Source: Caldisericia bacterium
Lineage (GTDB): Bacteria; Caldisericota; Caldisericia; B22-G15
Direction of reading: 5' to 3'
Assembly (NCBI GenBank): GCA_026414995.1
Contig: JAOAHY010000004.1
Span: 12,485-76,484, forward strand
Length of the DNA: 64,000 nucleotides
This document shows positions 30,312 to 40,812 of this stretch, piece by piece. The position numbers and the translations under genes were made by a program. The notes beneath the pieces were generated by a model. The model was not told the DNA's origin and did no database searches. It saw only the letters and a program-made list of their open reading frames with translations. Each line of letters opens with the position of its first letter. Position 1 is the first letter of the stretch.

Positions 30312-30590
30312 TTAATCTATATCAAACATACCAGCTGTTTCAGCAAACGCATCATCTAGATTTTTACTTCTTGTTATCATAACAAATATCTCTTTTTGCA
30401 TAAATGGTAGAATTCTTAAAATTATTCCAGTTGGAGGAGAAGGAATGCCTGCAAATGTGCCCATTGTTAGAAGTGCAAAAACATTTTCTAATTCTTCTAG
30501 CTCTTTTTCAATAAGGGAGGTAGAAACCTCCCTTAATCCCAGATCTAATCCTATTAAAATTTTTTTAAGGAGGTCGAAGAGTCTTTTCAT
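30312..30590 (-). CDS. Hypothetical small protein carrying an ArsA-like PPTGxxxRxL motif (possible ArsA-domain remnant or regulator)
   Basis: 92 aa. IPSPPTGIILRILPF parallels the switch-II region of the adjacent ATPase. 13 nt upstream of the ArsA-like gene. Confidence 0.4.
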   Translation of the reverse strand: MKRLFDLLKKILIGLDLGLREVSTSLIEKELEELENVFALLTMGTFAGIPSPPTGIILRILPFMQKEIFVMITRSKNLDDAFAETAGMFDID

Positions 30591-30596
30591 TAAATT

Positions 30597-32360
30597 TTAT
30601 TTTGTTTCTACCTCAGGGATTGCTCCCTTTCTCCATCCACCCAAGAAATCTATTACGAGGATTACATTAAGAGCTAACATTACAATAGTAAATCCACCAA
30701 GCATATATCTATTAAATACTGGTGTTGTTTTTGGTATTACGACAATAAGATACCAGAACAATGCAACTGTAACTGTAATCCATAAGAACAATGCTGGGAT
30801 GAGAACTGCCATTTGCCATGCAGGTTTCGCTTTTTGAACTTGTTTTACCCATACTGCTGCTGTTATCATAGCAATTGAAGCAAGCAATTGGTTAGAACCT
30901 GCAAATCCTGGCCAAAGTACTGTATAACTTCCACCCCAAATTAATAAAAGACCAAGACCTGCAGCGATAATTGAACCAACCCATTTATCAGCAATTACTT
31001 TATAGAATCCTTCACTTACTTTTTTAACAGGTTCCCAAATTTCGCCCCATGCATATCTTGCTAATCTTACTGAGGTATCAAGTGTTGTTAAAACAAATGC
31101 TGATACCCATAGACCAGCAAAAGTACTACCAACATTTTCTGGAAGTCCAACTGCAGTTGTCATTTTTCCAAATGATCTTGTCATAACACCAAGAGCACCA
31201 CCAACTGCACCTGCTGCTTTAAGGTAATTGTTTCCAAGATAAACTTTATCTGTCATTAATGCATTAAGATCAACTTTTAATTCTGTTAATTTAGCAGCTG
31301 CTCCTTGGAAAACTTGCATACCAAATGCTGCAATAGAAGTAATAACAAGTGTTGAAAGAAATCCTTCTGTAAACATACTTCCATATCCTACAAAAAGTCC
31401 TGACAATTCATTATCTAACTGTTTTGAAGAAGTTCCTGATGCAACAATTGAGTGGAATCCTGAAAGTGCACCACATGCAATAACTAGTGGAACAGTTGGC
31501 CAGAAAGGAGATGGTTGACCTCCTACAGTTCTAGCTGAGAAAATTGTAAATACAGGCCAATTAAATCCTCTAAATGCAAAAACTGCTGCGACTAATCCTA
31601 AAATTAATCCTGCCCATAAAATATAAGCATTAAGATAATCTCTTGGTTGTAAAAGAATCCAAACAGGTAGAGATGATGCTAAAATACAATAGATTGCTAA
31701 AATAATATACCATGTTTTTGCATTTGTTATTTTAACAAATGGAAATGCAAATCCGATATACAAACATAAAATAAGCATTATTATTCCTATAATAGATGCG
31801 ACTGTGAATGAAAGTTTTGTTCTATAAAGTAATATACCCTCAATTATAGCAATAAATATGAATAGAACTGATGCTGTTGCAATTGATGGGTTTGTTGTTG
31901 CAAGACCTGTAAATACTCCCATAAATGCAGAAATAACAAGTAAGAGTGCAAAGTATATAAATAATTCAAACGAATATTTTGTTCTGGCTGTCATTAATTT
32001 TCCAGAAACCCATTGAATTGATTTTCCATCATATCTTACCGATGCCATTAAGGCAAGATAATCATGAACACTTCCAATAAAAAGATTTCCAAACCAAACC
32101 CAAAGAAGACCTGGAACCCAACCCCATGCCATTGCAATTGCAGGACCTGTTATTGGTCCAGCACCTGCTATTGAAGCAAAATGGTGACCATATAAAACCC
32201 ACGGTTTTGCAGGAACATAATCAACATTATCTCTTAATTTTACTGCTGGGGTTGGTCTATTGGGATCTGCTTTTACAACTTCTTTTTCAATTCTTTTACC
32301 ATAAATAAAGTAAAATAAAACATAAAAAGCTAACCCGATAACCGCAATTAATGCTGTCAT
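30597..32360 (-). CDS. cstA: Carbon starvation protein A family peptide/pyruvate transporter
   Basis: 587 aa polytopic CstA-like membrane protein. Confidence 0.8.
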   Translation of the reverse strand: MTALIAVIGLAFYVLFYFIYGKRIEKEVVKADPNRPTPAVKLRDNVDYVPAKPWVLYGHHFASIAGAGPITGPAIAMAWGWVPGLLWVWFGNLFIGSVHDYLALMASVRYDGKSIQWVSGKLMTARTKYSFELFIYFALLLVISAFMGVFTGLATTNPSIATASVLFIFIAIIEGILLYRTKLSFTVASIIGIIMLILCLYIGFAFPFVKITNAKTWYIILAIYCILASSLPVWILLQPRDYLNAYILWAGLILGLVAAVFAFRGFNWPVFTIFSARTVGGQPSPFWPTVPLVIACGALSGFHSIVASGTSSKQLDNELSGLFVGYGSMFTEGFLSTLVITSIAAFGMQVFQGAAAKLTELKVDLNALMTDKVYLGNNYLKAAGAVGGALGVMTRSFGKMTTAVGLPENVGSTFAGLWVSAFVLTTLDTSVRLARYAWGEIWEPVKKVSEGFYKVIADKWVGSIIAAGLGLLLIWGGSYTVLWPGFAGSNQLLASIAMITAAVWVKQVQKAKPAWQMAVLIPALFLWITVTVALFWYLIVVIPKTTPVFNRYMLGGFTIVMLALNVILVIDFLGGWRKGAIPEVETK

Positions 32361-32454
32361 TTGTTAATTTACCTCCTTTTTAAAATTTTCAAAGAGCCAA
32401 AAAGACCCTTCGACCTCCACTGATATTTTAATACAATATTATTTAATTTGTCAA

Positions 32455-34047
32455 CTATAATTCTTCATATATTTCTGGGAGGTCGTTTTCAAATAAAATA
32501 ATGTCGTTTGGTTTAATGAAATTTTTTAAATAATTATTTGCTTCATAAAAATTTTTAAAAATTGATATGTTTTCCAATTTAAATCCAACTTCTTTTAAAC
32601 CTTCATATATTGGTTTTATTCTTTTTCCCCCAACTAAAAAAACATAATCAACTTTATTTAACAAATATTTTCCTAAATTTTTATTTTCTTCATATTCACT
32701 TTTACCAAGTTCAATAAATCCTGGTGTTATTATTATCTTTCTTCCTTCTTTATATTTTGATATTAAATCTATTGCCATTCTTGCGCCAATTGGATTAGAA
32801 TTATATGCATCATCAACTACTATTACATTACCACTTTTTAATACATTTAATCTATGATTAAAGGGTTCTAGAATCTTGACTTTTTTAATAATTTTTTCTA
32901 TATCTATTTTAAAATTAATTGCAACCTCAATTGCAATCAATAAATTTCTTATTGTTTCTAATCCTACAAGTTTTGTTTCAAAGAAGGTTTCAAAATCTAA
33001 AAATTTTGTTTTAAATTTTGTTCCATAAAGAGTCTCTTCTATTATTTCAATAAATGGATAATTTCCTTTATAAATTGATATTTTTGAAATTTTCTCATTT
33101 TGAAAATTTTTTAAAAATTCATCATCTCCATTCAAAATCAATTTTTCACATTTATTAGAAGAAATACTATATTCAATTAAATATTTAAATTCATTAAAAA
33201 TTTTCTCCTTTGTACCAAATTCCTCTAGATGTTGAATTCCAATTGAAGTTATAACAAGAATATTAGGCTCAATTAATCTAAGTAATCTTTTAAAACCACC
33301 TTTTTCATTTTCAGCAAGTTCTACAACAAAAATTTCTGTTTCATTTTTAAGATTCTCTCTTATAAATTTAGTAATTCCCATTGCAGTGTTATAACTTTCA
33401 GGAGTCATTTGAGTTTTAAAATTATCTTTTAATAATTCATAAATGAAATATTTTGTGCTGGTTTTTCCATAACTTCCTGTTATTACAATTATAAATGGTT
33501 TATATTCTTTAATTATTTTTATTGCATCATTAAAATATTTTTCATTTATTAAACTTTCAATTGGATAGATTAAAATATTTAAAATTAATAAAATAAAAGG
33601 AGATAAAAATATAAGATAGGGAGTTAAATATAATGAATGATTAAGGTAAATTAATATTAAAACTATTAATAAAAAAATAGTTGTTAAGATAAAAATTCTT
33701 TTGCATCTTTTAGTAAATTTTAAACCTTTTTTTGAAAATTTCTTTCTTTTTTTATATAAATTAAAATTATAAAATAGAGAATAAAAAAGAAAAATCAACA
33801 AAATTAAGTTTAATAATACTCTATTTATCTTTAATAAAAAACTTAATGAAATTAGGATTATCAAAATTATTAATACAATATCATCAAAAATATAATCTTT
33901 TGATCTTTTGAATAAATGTCTTAAGTATTTAATATTAAAATATTCTAATATTTGTAGAACTTGAAGATACCAAAGAATTCTTAATAGTAAAATTAAAAAT
34001 GTTATTATAAAAATTGATAGTTTAATAAAAGTTTCAATTATTATCAT
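32455..34047 (-). CDS. murF: UDP-MurNAc-tripeptide--D-Ala-D-Ala ligase MurF with a ~170-aa polytopic membrane N-terminal region
   Basis: GSYGKTSTK Mur-ligase P-loop and DDAYNSNP motif. The N-terminal region has 4-5 predicted TM helices in place of the usual soluble N-domain. Confidence 0.7.
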   Translation of the reverse strand: MIIIETFIKLSIFIITFLILLLRILWYLQVLQILEYFNIKYLRHLFKRSKDYIFDDIVLIILIILISLSFLLKINRVLLNLILLIFLFYSLFYNFNLYKKRKKFSKKGLKFTKRCKRIFILTTIFLLIVLILIYLNHSLYLTPYLIFLSPFILLILNILIYPIESLINEKYFNDAIKIIKEYKPFIIVITGSYGKTSTKYFIYELLKDNFKTQMTPESYNTAMGITKFIRENLKNETEIFVVELAENEKGGFKRLLRLIEPNILVITSIGIQHLEEFGTKEKIFNEFKYLIEYSISSNKCEKLILNGDDEFLKNFQNEKISKISIYKGNYPFIEIIEETLYGTKFKTKFLDFETFFETKLVGLETIRNLLIAIEVAINFKIDIEKIIKKVKILEPFNHRLNVLKSGNVIVVDDAYNSNPIGARMAIDLISKYKEGRKIIITPGFIELGKSEYEENKNLGKYLLNKVDYVFLVGGKRIKPIYEGLKEVGFKLENISIFKNFYEANNYLKNFIKPNDIILFENDLPEIYEEL

Positions 34048-34813
34048 TATATATTTCTCCTAAAAAATTTTTTATTTCATAGATTGTTTTTGATAAGTTG
34101 TTAAGATAAGGAAAATGTCCTGCATTTTTTATAATTACAAGTTTTGAGTTTTTTATATTTTCTTTAATTAAATATGCATGTTTTAAAGGAAGTTCTTTAT
34201 CATTTTCTCCCCAAATTATAAGTGTTTTTGTTTCTACCTCTTTCATTATAGGTAATAAATCTTCATTAACAATTTTAACAAGTGTATCTCTCATAACTCC
34301 ATCAACGCTTTTATAATCTTTTGAACCAAAAATTTTCCTTAAACTATTTAATAATTTTTCTTGTTTTTCACCTTTTATTGTCTTAATTATTATTTTTTTA
34401 AAAAATTTAAAAGTATTCTCGGAAAACCTTTGTTTCAATGTTTTTTTATCTCTTATTCCAGCGCTATCTATTAAAATAAGACCTTTAATTTCACTTTTTC
34501 TATTTGCAGCAACTCTTATTCCAATTCTTCCACCAAATGAGTGTCCAATAATTGTGTAATCTTTTAAATTAAGATAATCAATAAATTTTAAAATTAAATT
34601 TTTATAATCCTCACCATTAAAGGATCTATAAGGTATATCACTTTTACCAAAACCAGGAAAATCTATTAATATAACTTTATATTCATTTTTCAAAATATTT
34701 GATATTGGATATAAAGAATTTGTATTTCCACCCCATCCATGAAAAAATAAAATAGGTTTTCCATCACCATATATTTCATAATAAATTTTCAAATTATCGA
34801 TTAGAGCAAACAT
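34034..34813 (-). CDS. Alpha/beta-hydrolase fold protein
   Basis: GHSFGG nucleophile elbow. 259 aa. Confidence 0.7.
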   Translation of the reverse strand: MFALIDNLKIYYEIYGDGKPILFFHGWGGNTNSLYPISNILKNEYKVILIDFPGFGKSDIPYRSFNGEDYKNLILKFIDYLNLKDYTIIGHSFGGRIGIRVAANRKSEIKGLILIDSAGIRDKKTLKQRFSENTFKFFKKIIIKTIKGEKQEKLLNSLRKIFGSKDYKSVDGVMRDTLVKIVNEDLLPIMKEVETKTLIIWGENDKELPLKHAYLIKENIKNSKLVIIKNAGHFPYLNNLSKTIYEIKNFLGEIYNDNN

Positions 34814-34819
34814 TACTTA

Positions 34820-35980
34820 TTAACCTTTTTTCACATCTTTAAAATCTTGAAGTAGTATATCAGTATCAATAGATGTTATGTTTTTATTTTTATCTTCAAA
34901 AATTTCTATGGAAAGGTTAATTAAATTATCAATTAATTTATCAAATGATATTCCTGATGCTTCCCATAAATAAAAAGATAATGCACCAGGTAGTGTATTT
35001 ATTTCATTTATATAAACTTTTTCTGTATCCCCTTCCATTAGAAAATCAACTCTTGCTATTCCTTTGCAATCTATTGCTTTAAATGCTTTAACAGCAAGAT
35101 CTTGTATTTCTTTTGTTTTTTCATCGCTTAATTCTGCAGGAATTATATGTCCAAATCTTTTAAACATTGAGCTTCCTTTTGTATTAATTTTATATTTTGA
35201 ATCATAATCGAGGAAAACTTTTGGAGTTTTCACTTCTTCAAGTTTTGAAGGTATCACTTCAATATTCCCTAAAACAGAGCAATTAATCTCTCTTAAATTT
35301 TTTACCCCTTCTTCAACAATTATTTTTGAATCATAATGTTTAGCAACTTCAATTCCATAAAAAAGTGTATCTTTGTTTTCTGCTTTTGTAATTCCAATAC
35401 TTGAACCAAGATTTGCTGGTTTTACAAATAAAGGATATTTAAGATAATTTTCTATTTTTTTTAAAATTTCATCTTTATTTTTTTCCCAATCATATCTTGT
35501 AAACCAAAAGTAATTTACGATTGGTAAATTGTTAGCTTTAAAAATTTCTTTCATAATTACTTTATCCATTCCTATTGAAGACGAAAGAACGCCGCACCCT
35601 ACATACGGAATATTCAACATTTCAAAAATACCTTGTATTTTACCATCTTCACCATAGGTTCCATGTATTACGCTAAATGCTATGTCAATAAATAATTTTT
35701 TACTTATAATTCCTTCTAATTCTAGAGTTAATATATTATCATTTGTTATTTTTATACCTATAATTTTTTGAGAAATTTTTGGTATATTTGATAGATTTCT
35801 GAAATTTTCTATTTTAAGCAAATTTTCTCCTGTAAACCATTCACCATTTTTTGATATATAAATAGGAATTATTGAGTATTTTGATTTATCAATTGCATTG
35901 TAAACTTGTATTGCAGTAATTATAGAAATTTCATGTTCAACAGATTTAGATCCAAAAAAAAGACCAATTCTTTTTTTCAT
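34820..35980 (-). CDS. ddl: D-alanine--D-alanine ligase
   Basis: 386 aa ATP-grasp protein. N-terminal GKSVEHEISI and C-terminal EINTLPG motifs. Confidence 0.8.
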   Translation of the reverse strand: MKKRIGLFFGSKSVEHEISIITAIQVYNAIDKSKYSIIPIYISKNGEWFTGENLLKIENFRNLSNIPKISQKIIGIKITNDNILTLELEGIISKKLFIDIAFSVIHGTYGEDGKIQGIFEMLNIPYVGCGVLSSSIGMDKVIMKEIFKANNLPIVNYFWFTRYDWEKNKDEILKKIENYLKYPLFVKPANLGSSIGITKAENKDTLFYGIEVAKHYDSKIIVEEGVKNLREINCSVLGNIEVIPSKLEEVKTPKVFLDYDSKYKINTKGSSMFKRFGHIIPAELSDEKTKEIQDLAVKAFKAIDCKGIARVDFLMEGDTEKVYINEINTLPGALSFYLWEASGISFDKLIDNLINLSIEIFEDKNKNITSIDTDILLQDFKDVKKG

Positions 35981-36036
35981 ATCTTAAATATTTTAACATA
36001 AATTCTATTGTTATAATAAATTAAAAGGAGGTTATT

Positions 36037-36525
36037 ATGGAATTAATAGAATTATTAAAAAAAGGAATACAAAGTGAAAATGAAGCTAAAAGGTTTTATT
36101 ATAAACTTTCTGAAAAAGTTATTGATGAAAAAGTTAAAAAAAGATTAATTAGGTTTTTTAAAGAAGAAGAAAAACATGAAATATCATTAAAAAAATTACT
36201 TATAAAAAATTTTAATATTGAATTTAACGCAGATGAAAGTTTTAAAGAGAATCCAGAATTTTCTAATGTTAATGAAGATTTAGGCAAAGATATTAAATGT
36301 ATTGATATTGTAAAAATTGCTATTAAATCGGAAATGAATGCGGTTGAATTTTATTCAAATATGGTGAATAAATTTAGAGATGGAAGAGATAGAAGAATTT
36401 TAAATTCACTGATTAAAATGGAAAAGAATCATGAAGAATTATTAAGAAGAGAATATGAGTTGCTTAAAAAAGAAGATTATTGGATAAAACCATCGATGGA
36501 AAACCTTGGTGATTTAAGATTATAA
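36037..36525 (+). CDS. Ferritin-like diiron protein (rubrerythrin/erythrin family, no rubredoxin domain)
   Basis: Two E...ExxH sites (EEEKHE, MEKNHEEL). 162 aa. Confidence 0.55.
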   Translation: MELIELLKKGIQSENEAKRFYYKLSEKVIDEKVKKRLIRFFKEEEKHEISLKKLLIKNFNIEFNADESFKENPEFSNVNEDLGKDIKCIDIVKIAIKSEMNAVEFYSNMVNKFRDGRDRRILNSLIKMEKNHEELLRREYELLKKEDYWIKPSMENLGDLRL

Positions 36526-36609
36526 AATTAATAATTTATTTAAAAAGTAGTAAAATAATATTAATTTATTTTTTTAAAGCTCTTTTTATTGTTAATAAGG
36601 AGTTGAAAT

Positions 36610-37803
36610 ATGTTATCTATTGAGGAACAATTAAAGATTATTAAAAGAGGTACTCTTGAAATAATAAATGAAGAAGAACTTATAGAAAAACTTAAAAAAG
36701 GGAGACCGTTAAGAGTGAAACTTGGTGTTGACCCTACATCACCTGATATTCATTTAGGTCATACTGTAGTTTTAAATAAACTTAGAGACTTTCAGAATTT
36801 AGGTCACAGAATAATTCTAATTATAGGAAATGGCACTGCTGTTATTGGAGATCCTTCTGGAAGAGATCAGACAAGAGCACTGTTAACTCAAGAAGAAATT
36901 GAAAAAAACGCTAAATATTATAGTGAACAAGCTTTTAAAATCTTAGATAAAGAAAAAACCGAAATAAGATATAATGGTGATTGGCTTCTTCCATTAACAC
37001 TTAAAGATATTGTTTCTATAGCCTCACATTTTACAGTTGCAAGAATTCTTGAAAGAGATGATTTCTTTAATAGATATAAACAAGGAAATGCTATATATTT
37101 ACATGAACTTCTTTATCCACTTATGCAAGCATATGATTCAATTGTAATTGATGCTGATGTTGAACTTGGAGGAAGCGATCAAAAATTTAATCTTTTATGT
37201 GGAAGAGAACTTCAAAAAGAACTCGGAAAAGAACCACAAATAGCAATTTTAATGCCAATTTTAAGAGGTATAGATGGAGTTAAAAGAATGGGTAAAAGTT
37301 TAAAAAATTATATTGGTATAAATGAATCTCCAAACGAGATGTTTGGAAAAATTATGAGCATACCAGATCATTTAATTATTGAGTATTTTGAATTATTAAC
37401 AAATATTGATATTCAAGAATTAGAAAACATCAAAAATGCGATGGAATCTGGTGAAAATCCTATGAAATATAAATTGAGATTAGCCAGAGAAATTGTAAAA
37501 AGATATCATTCAGAAAAAGAAGCAATTGAAGCAGAAGAAGAATTTATTAGAGTGTTTAGTAAAAAAGAGATACCTGAAGATATAGATATATATGAAGTGT
37601 ATGATGAGGAAATAAATCTTCTTGATTTTCTAAAGGAAAAAAATTTAATTCAATCAAAAAGTGAAGGAAGACGTCTTTTTGAACAAGGTGGAATTTATGT
37701 TAATGGTGAAAGATTTGAGGAGCCATCATTTATTTTAAAAATTGATGGTGAAAAAGTAATTAAAATTGGTAAAAGAAAATTTATAAAGGTGGTCAAAAAA
37801 TGA
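36610..37803 (+). CDS. tyrS: Tyrosyl-tRNA synthetase
   Basis: GVDPTSPDIHLGH and RMGKS class-I motifs. C-terminal S4 domain. Confidence 0.85.
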   Translation: MLSIEEQLKIIKRGTLEIINEEELIEKLKKGRPLRVKLGVDPTSPDIHLGHTVVLNKLRDFQNLGHRIILIIGNGTAVIGDPSGRDQTRALLTQEEIEKNAKYYSEQAFKILDKEKTEIRYNGDWLLPLTLKDIVSIASHFTVARILERDDFFNRYKQGNAIYLHELLYPLMQAYDSIVIDADVELGGSDQKFNLLCGRELQKELGKEPQIAILMPILRGIDGVKRMGKSLKNYIGINESPNEMFGKIMSIPDHLIIEYFELLTNIDIQELENIKNAMESGENPMKYKLRLAREIVKRYHSEKEAIEAEEEFIRVFSKKEIPEDIDIYEVYDEEINLLDFLKEKNLIQSKSEGRRLFEQGGIYVNGERFEEPSFILKIDGEKVIKIGKRKFIKVVKK

Positions 37804-39059
37804 TAAAAGGACCAAAAGGCGCTCCAGATATTTTGCCTGATAAAAGTAGAAAAATTGAAAAGGTTATAAATAAATTAAGAAAGTTTGTAGAAAATTTTGG
37901 CTATAGAGAGATAATACTTCCAATTTTTGAACATGCAGAGATTTTTGAAAGAAGTGTAGGTGAAGAAACTGACATAGTACAAAAAGAGATGTATACTTTT
38001 TACGATAAAGGGGGTAGAAAACTCTGTTTAAGACCTGAAGGAACTGCACAAGTCGTTAGATCTTATATTGAGAATAATTTTAAACAGCTACCTCAACCAG
38101 TAAAACTATATTATTATGGTCCGATGTTTAGATATGAAAAACCACAAAAAGGAAGATTTAGAGAATTTTATCATTTTGGAATAGAGGCATTAGGAGAAGA
38201 TAGTCCTAGTCTTGATGTTGAGATTATATATATTTCAATTAAATCACTTGAAAATTTAGGATTGAAAGACCTTTTTATTTATATTAATTCAATAGGTGAT
38301 ATAGAGGATAGAAAAGAATATAAGGAAGTTTTGAAAAGTTATTTAAAAGATAAAGAAAATTATCTTTGTGATGATTGTAAAAAAAGATTATATTTAAACC
38401 CCTTAAGAGTTCTTGATTGTAAAAATGAATTATGTATTAAAACTACTGAAAATGCACCAAAAATTTTAGATTATATAAAAGGTGAAAGTAAAAAACACTT
38501 CGATGAAATTATAAAAAAATTAGATGAACTAAAAATTAATTATATTTTAAATCCTAGATTAGTTAGGGGGCTTGATTATTATAACAGAACAGTTTTTGAA
38601 GTAATTTCACAAAATCTTGGTTCGCAAAATTCAGTTTTGGGTGGAGGAAGATACGACTATTTATCATCCTTTTTAGGAGGAGATAGAGTACCAGGAGTTG
38701 GTTTTGCCATAGGAGTTGAGAGACTAATATTAATTCTTGAAAAAGAAAACTTAATACAAGAAAATATTGAAAAAATAATATCAATAACACCTTTAAACAA
38801 AGAATATTATGAAGAAAGTTTTTTATTTTATTTAACTCTTGGTGAAAAAGGCTATAATGTAATTTTTCCATATAATTTTAAAAATTTAAAAGAGTCAATT
38901 TCATATTCATTAAAAAGAAATGCTAGTTTTTTGATTATTTATGGTGGCGATGAGTTAAAAGATGGTTATTTATTATTTAAGGACCTTAAAAAAGAAACTC
39001 AAATAAGAATTAAAAAAGATGAAATATTTAAACATTTAAATGAGGTGAAAGATGCTTAG
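37800..39059 (+). CDS. hisS: Histidyl-tRNA synthetase
   Basis: LRPEGTAQVVR motif 2 and GGGRYD motif 3. 419 aa. Confidence 0.85.
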   Translation: MIKGPKGAPDILPDKSRKIEKVINKLRKFVENFGYREIILPIFEHAEIFERSVGEETDIVQKEMYTFYDKGGRKLCLRPEGTAQVVRSYIENNFKQLPQPVKLYYYGPMFRYEKPQKGRFREFYHFGIEALGEDSPSLDVEIIYISIKSLENLGLKDLFIYINSIGDIEDRKEYKEVLKSYLKDKENYLCDDCKKRLYLNPLRVLDCKNELCIKTTENAPKILDYIKGESKKHFDEIIKKLDELKINYILNPRLVRGLDYYNRTVFEVISQNLGSQNSVLGGGRYDYLSSFLGGDRVPGVGFAIGVERLILILEKENLIQENIEKIISITPLNKEYYEESFLFYLTLGEKGYNVIFPYNFKNLKESISYSLKRNASFLIIYGGDELKDGYLLFKDLKKETQIRIKKDEIFKHLNEVKDA

Positions 39060-40791
39060 AACTGATTATTGTGGAGAAGTTACAGAAGAAAAATTAGGAA
39101 AAGAGGTCATTTTATGTGGATGGGTTAAAACAATTAGAGATTTAGGAAGTTTAATATTTATTGAATTAAGAGATAGAACTGGCTATATTCAAATAGTTAT
39201 AGATTATAAAAATAAAGAAAATTTTGAAAAAGCAAAAAAGTTAGGAAATGAATATGTATTAAAAGTTAAAGGAATAGTTAGAGAGAGACCAAAAGAAAAT
39301 ATAAACGAAAAAATAAAAACTGGAAAAATTGAAGTTTTGTGTAATGAAATAGAAATTATTAATGAGTCTCTTCCGCTACCATTTGATCTTGAATCAAGAG
39401 AAGAGATAAATGAATTATTAAGATTAAAATATAGATTCTTAGATTTTAGAAGAGAAGAGATGAAAAATAATTTATATATTAGATTTAAAACTACAACATT
39501 AATAAGAAATTTTTTAAATGAAGAAGGATTTTGGGAAATTGAAACTCCAATTCTTACAAAAAGCACTCCTGAAGGCGCAAGAGATTTCCTAGTTCCATCA
39601 AGAATAAATCCTGGTAAATTTTATGCTTTACCACAATCTCCACAATTGTTTAAGCAAATTTTAATGATTTCTGGAATTGATAAATACTATCAAATTGCAA
39701 GGTGTTTTAGAGATGAAGATTTAAGAGCTGATAGACAATTAGAATTTACACAAGTTGATATAGAAATGTCATTCATAGATGAAAATGACATAATGAATTT
39801 AATTGATAGATTATTTAAAAAGCTATTTAATGAAATTTTAAATGAAGAACTTGAAATTCCAATTCCAAAAATGAGTTTTTATGATGCACTGAATAATTAT
39901 GGAAGTGATAAACCAGATTTAAGGTTTGATTTGAAAATTGAAGATTTTACTGATGTTTTTATAAAATCAGAATTTAAAATAATAAGAGATGGAATACAAA
40001 AGGGAGATAAAGTTAAGGGTCTAATATTAAAAGAAAGAATTATCTCAAGAAAAGAAAAAGATGAGATTGAAAATATAGTTAAGGAGTCTGGTCTTAATGG
40101 TGTTATATTTTTTAATATTGATAAAAAGATAAGTTCTTCATTAAATAATTATATAAGTGAAGAAGAAATTAACAATTTAAAAGAAAAGATAAATAAAAAT
40201 GATACCTTACTTTTATTTATTGGAGAGGGTGAAGAATTTTTAACAAATCTTGGTAAAGTAAGGCTTTCTTTAGGAAATAGATATAATTTTATAAATAAAA
40301 AAATTCATAAACTTTTATGGGTTATAAATTTTCCTTTATTTGAGTGGAATAAGGAAGAAAATAGATGGGATTCAAGACATCACCCATTTACATCACCTAA
40401 ACCAGAGCATATTGATTTATTAGATACTGATCCATCAAAAGTTTTAGCAAGAGCATATGATTTTGTTATGGATGGTTTTGAAATAGGAGGAGGAAGCATA
40501 AGAATTCATAATATTGAACTTCAAAAGAAAATTTTCAAACTTCTTGGTTATTCTGAAAAAGAAGTTGAAGCAAGATTTGATTTCTTTATTAATGCATTAA
40601 AGTATGGAGCACCTATTCATGGTGGAATTGCACTAGGTCTTGATAGAATTGTTATGCTTTTTGTAAATGGTAATAGTCTAAGAGATGTAATTCCTTTCCC
40701 AAAAACACAAAAAGGAACATGTCTTCTTACAAATGCACCATCTGAAGTAAGTGAAAAGCAACTAAAAGAGTTAAAAATAAAAATTGAATAG
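39052..40791 (+). CDS. aspS: Aspartyl-tRNA synthetase
   Basis: 579 aa. FRDEDLRADRQLEFTQVDIEMSF and GGIALGLDR class-II motifs. Confidence 0.88.
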   Translation: MLRTDYCGEVTEEKLGKEVILCGWVKTIRDLGSLIFIELRDRTGYIQIVIDYKNKENFEKAKKLGNEYVLKVKGIVRERPKENINEKIKTGKIEVLCNEIEIINESLPLPFDLESREEINELLRLKYRFLDFRREEMKNNLYIRFKTTTLIRNFLNEEGFWEIETPILTKSTPEGARDFLVPSRINPGKFYALPQSPQLFKQILMISGIDKYYQIARCFRDEDLRADRQLEFTQVDIEMSFIDENDIMNLIDRLFKKLFNEILNEELEIPIPKMSFYDALNNYGSDKPDLRFDLKIEDFTDVFIKSEFKIIRDGIQKGDKVKGLILKERIISRKEKDEIENIVKESGLNGVIFFNIDKKISSSLNNYISEEEINNLKEKINKNDTLLLFIGEGEEFLTNLGKVRLSLGNRYNFINKKIHKLLWVINFPLFEWNKEENRWDSRHHPFTSPKPEHIDLLDTDPSKVLARAYDFVMDGFEIGGGSIRIHNIELQKKIFKLLGYSEKEVEARFDFFINALKYGAPIHGGIALGLDRIVMLFVNGNSLRDVIPFPKTQKGTCLLTNAPSEVSEKQLKELKIKIE

Positions 40792-40812
40792 TAAAATTGT
40801 TATAATTAAATT

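Noticed and set aside
30312-30590. Possibility that the 92-aa ORF is a gas-vesicle (GvpA) or YbdD/YjiX-type CstA partner protein
   Set aside because: There is no resemblance to the conserved GvpA core or to the YbdD/YjiX sequence as I recall them. Its only recognisable feature is an ArsA-like PPTG motif, so it is reported as part of the ArsA cassette instead.
36526-36609. T-box riboswitch upstream of tyrS (and of hisS/aspS)
   Set aside because: The leader is only 84 nt with no specifier/antiterminator-like T-box consensus (AATTAGGGTGGNACCGCG). hisS and aspS overlap their upstream genes. It is too short for a T-box.
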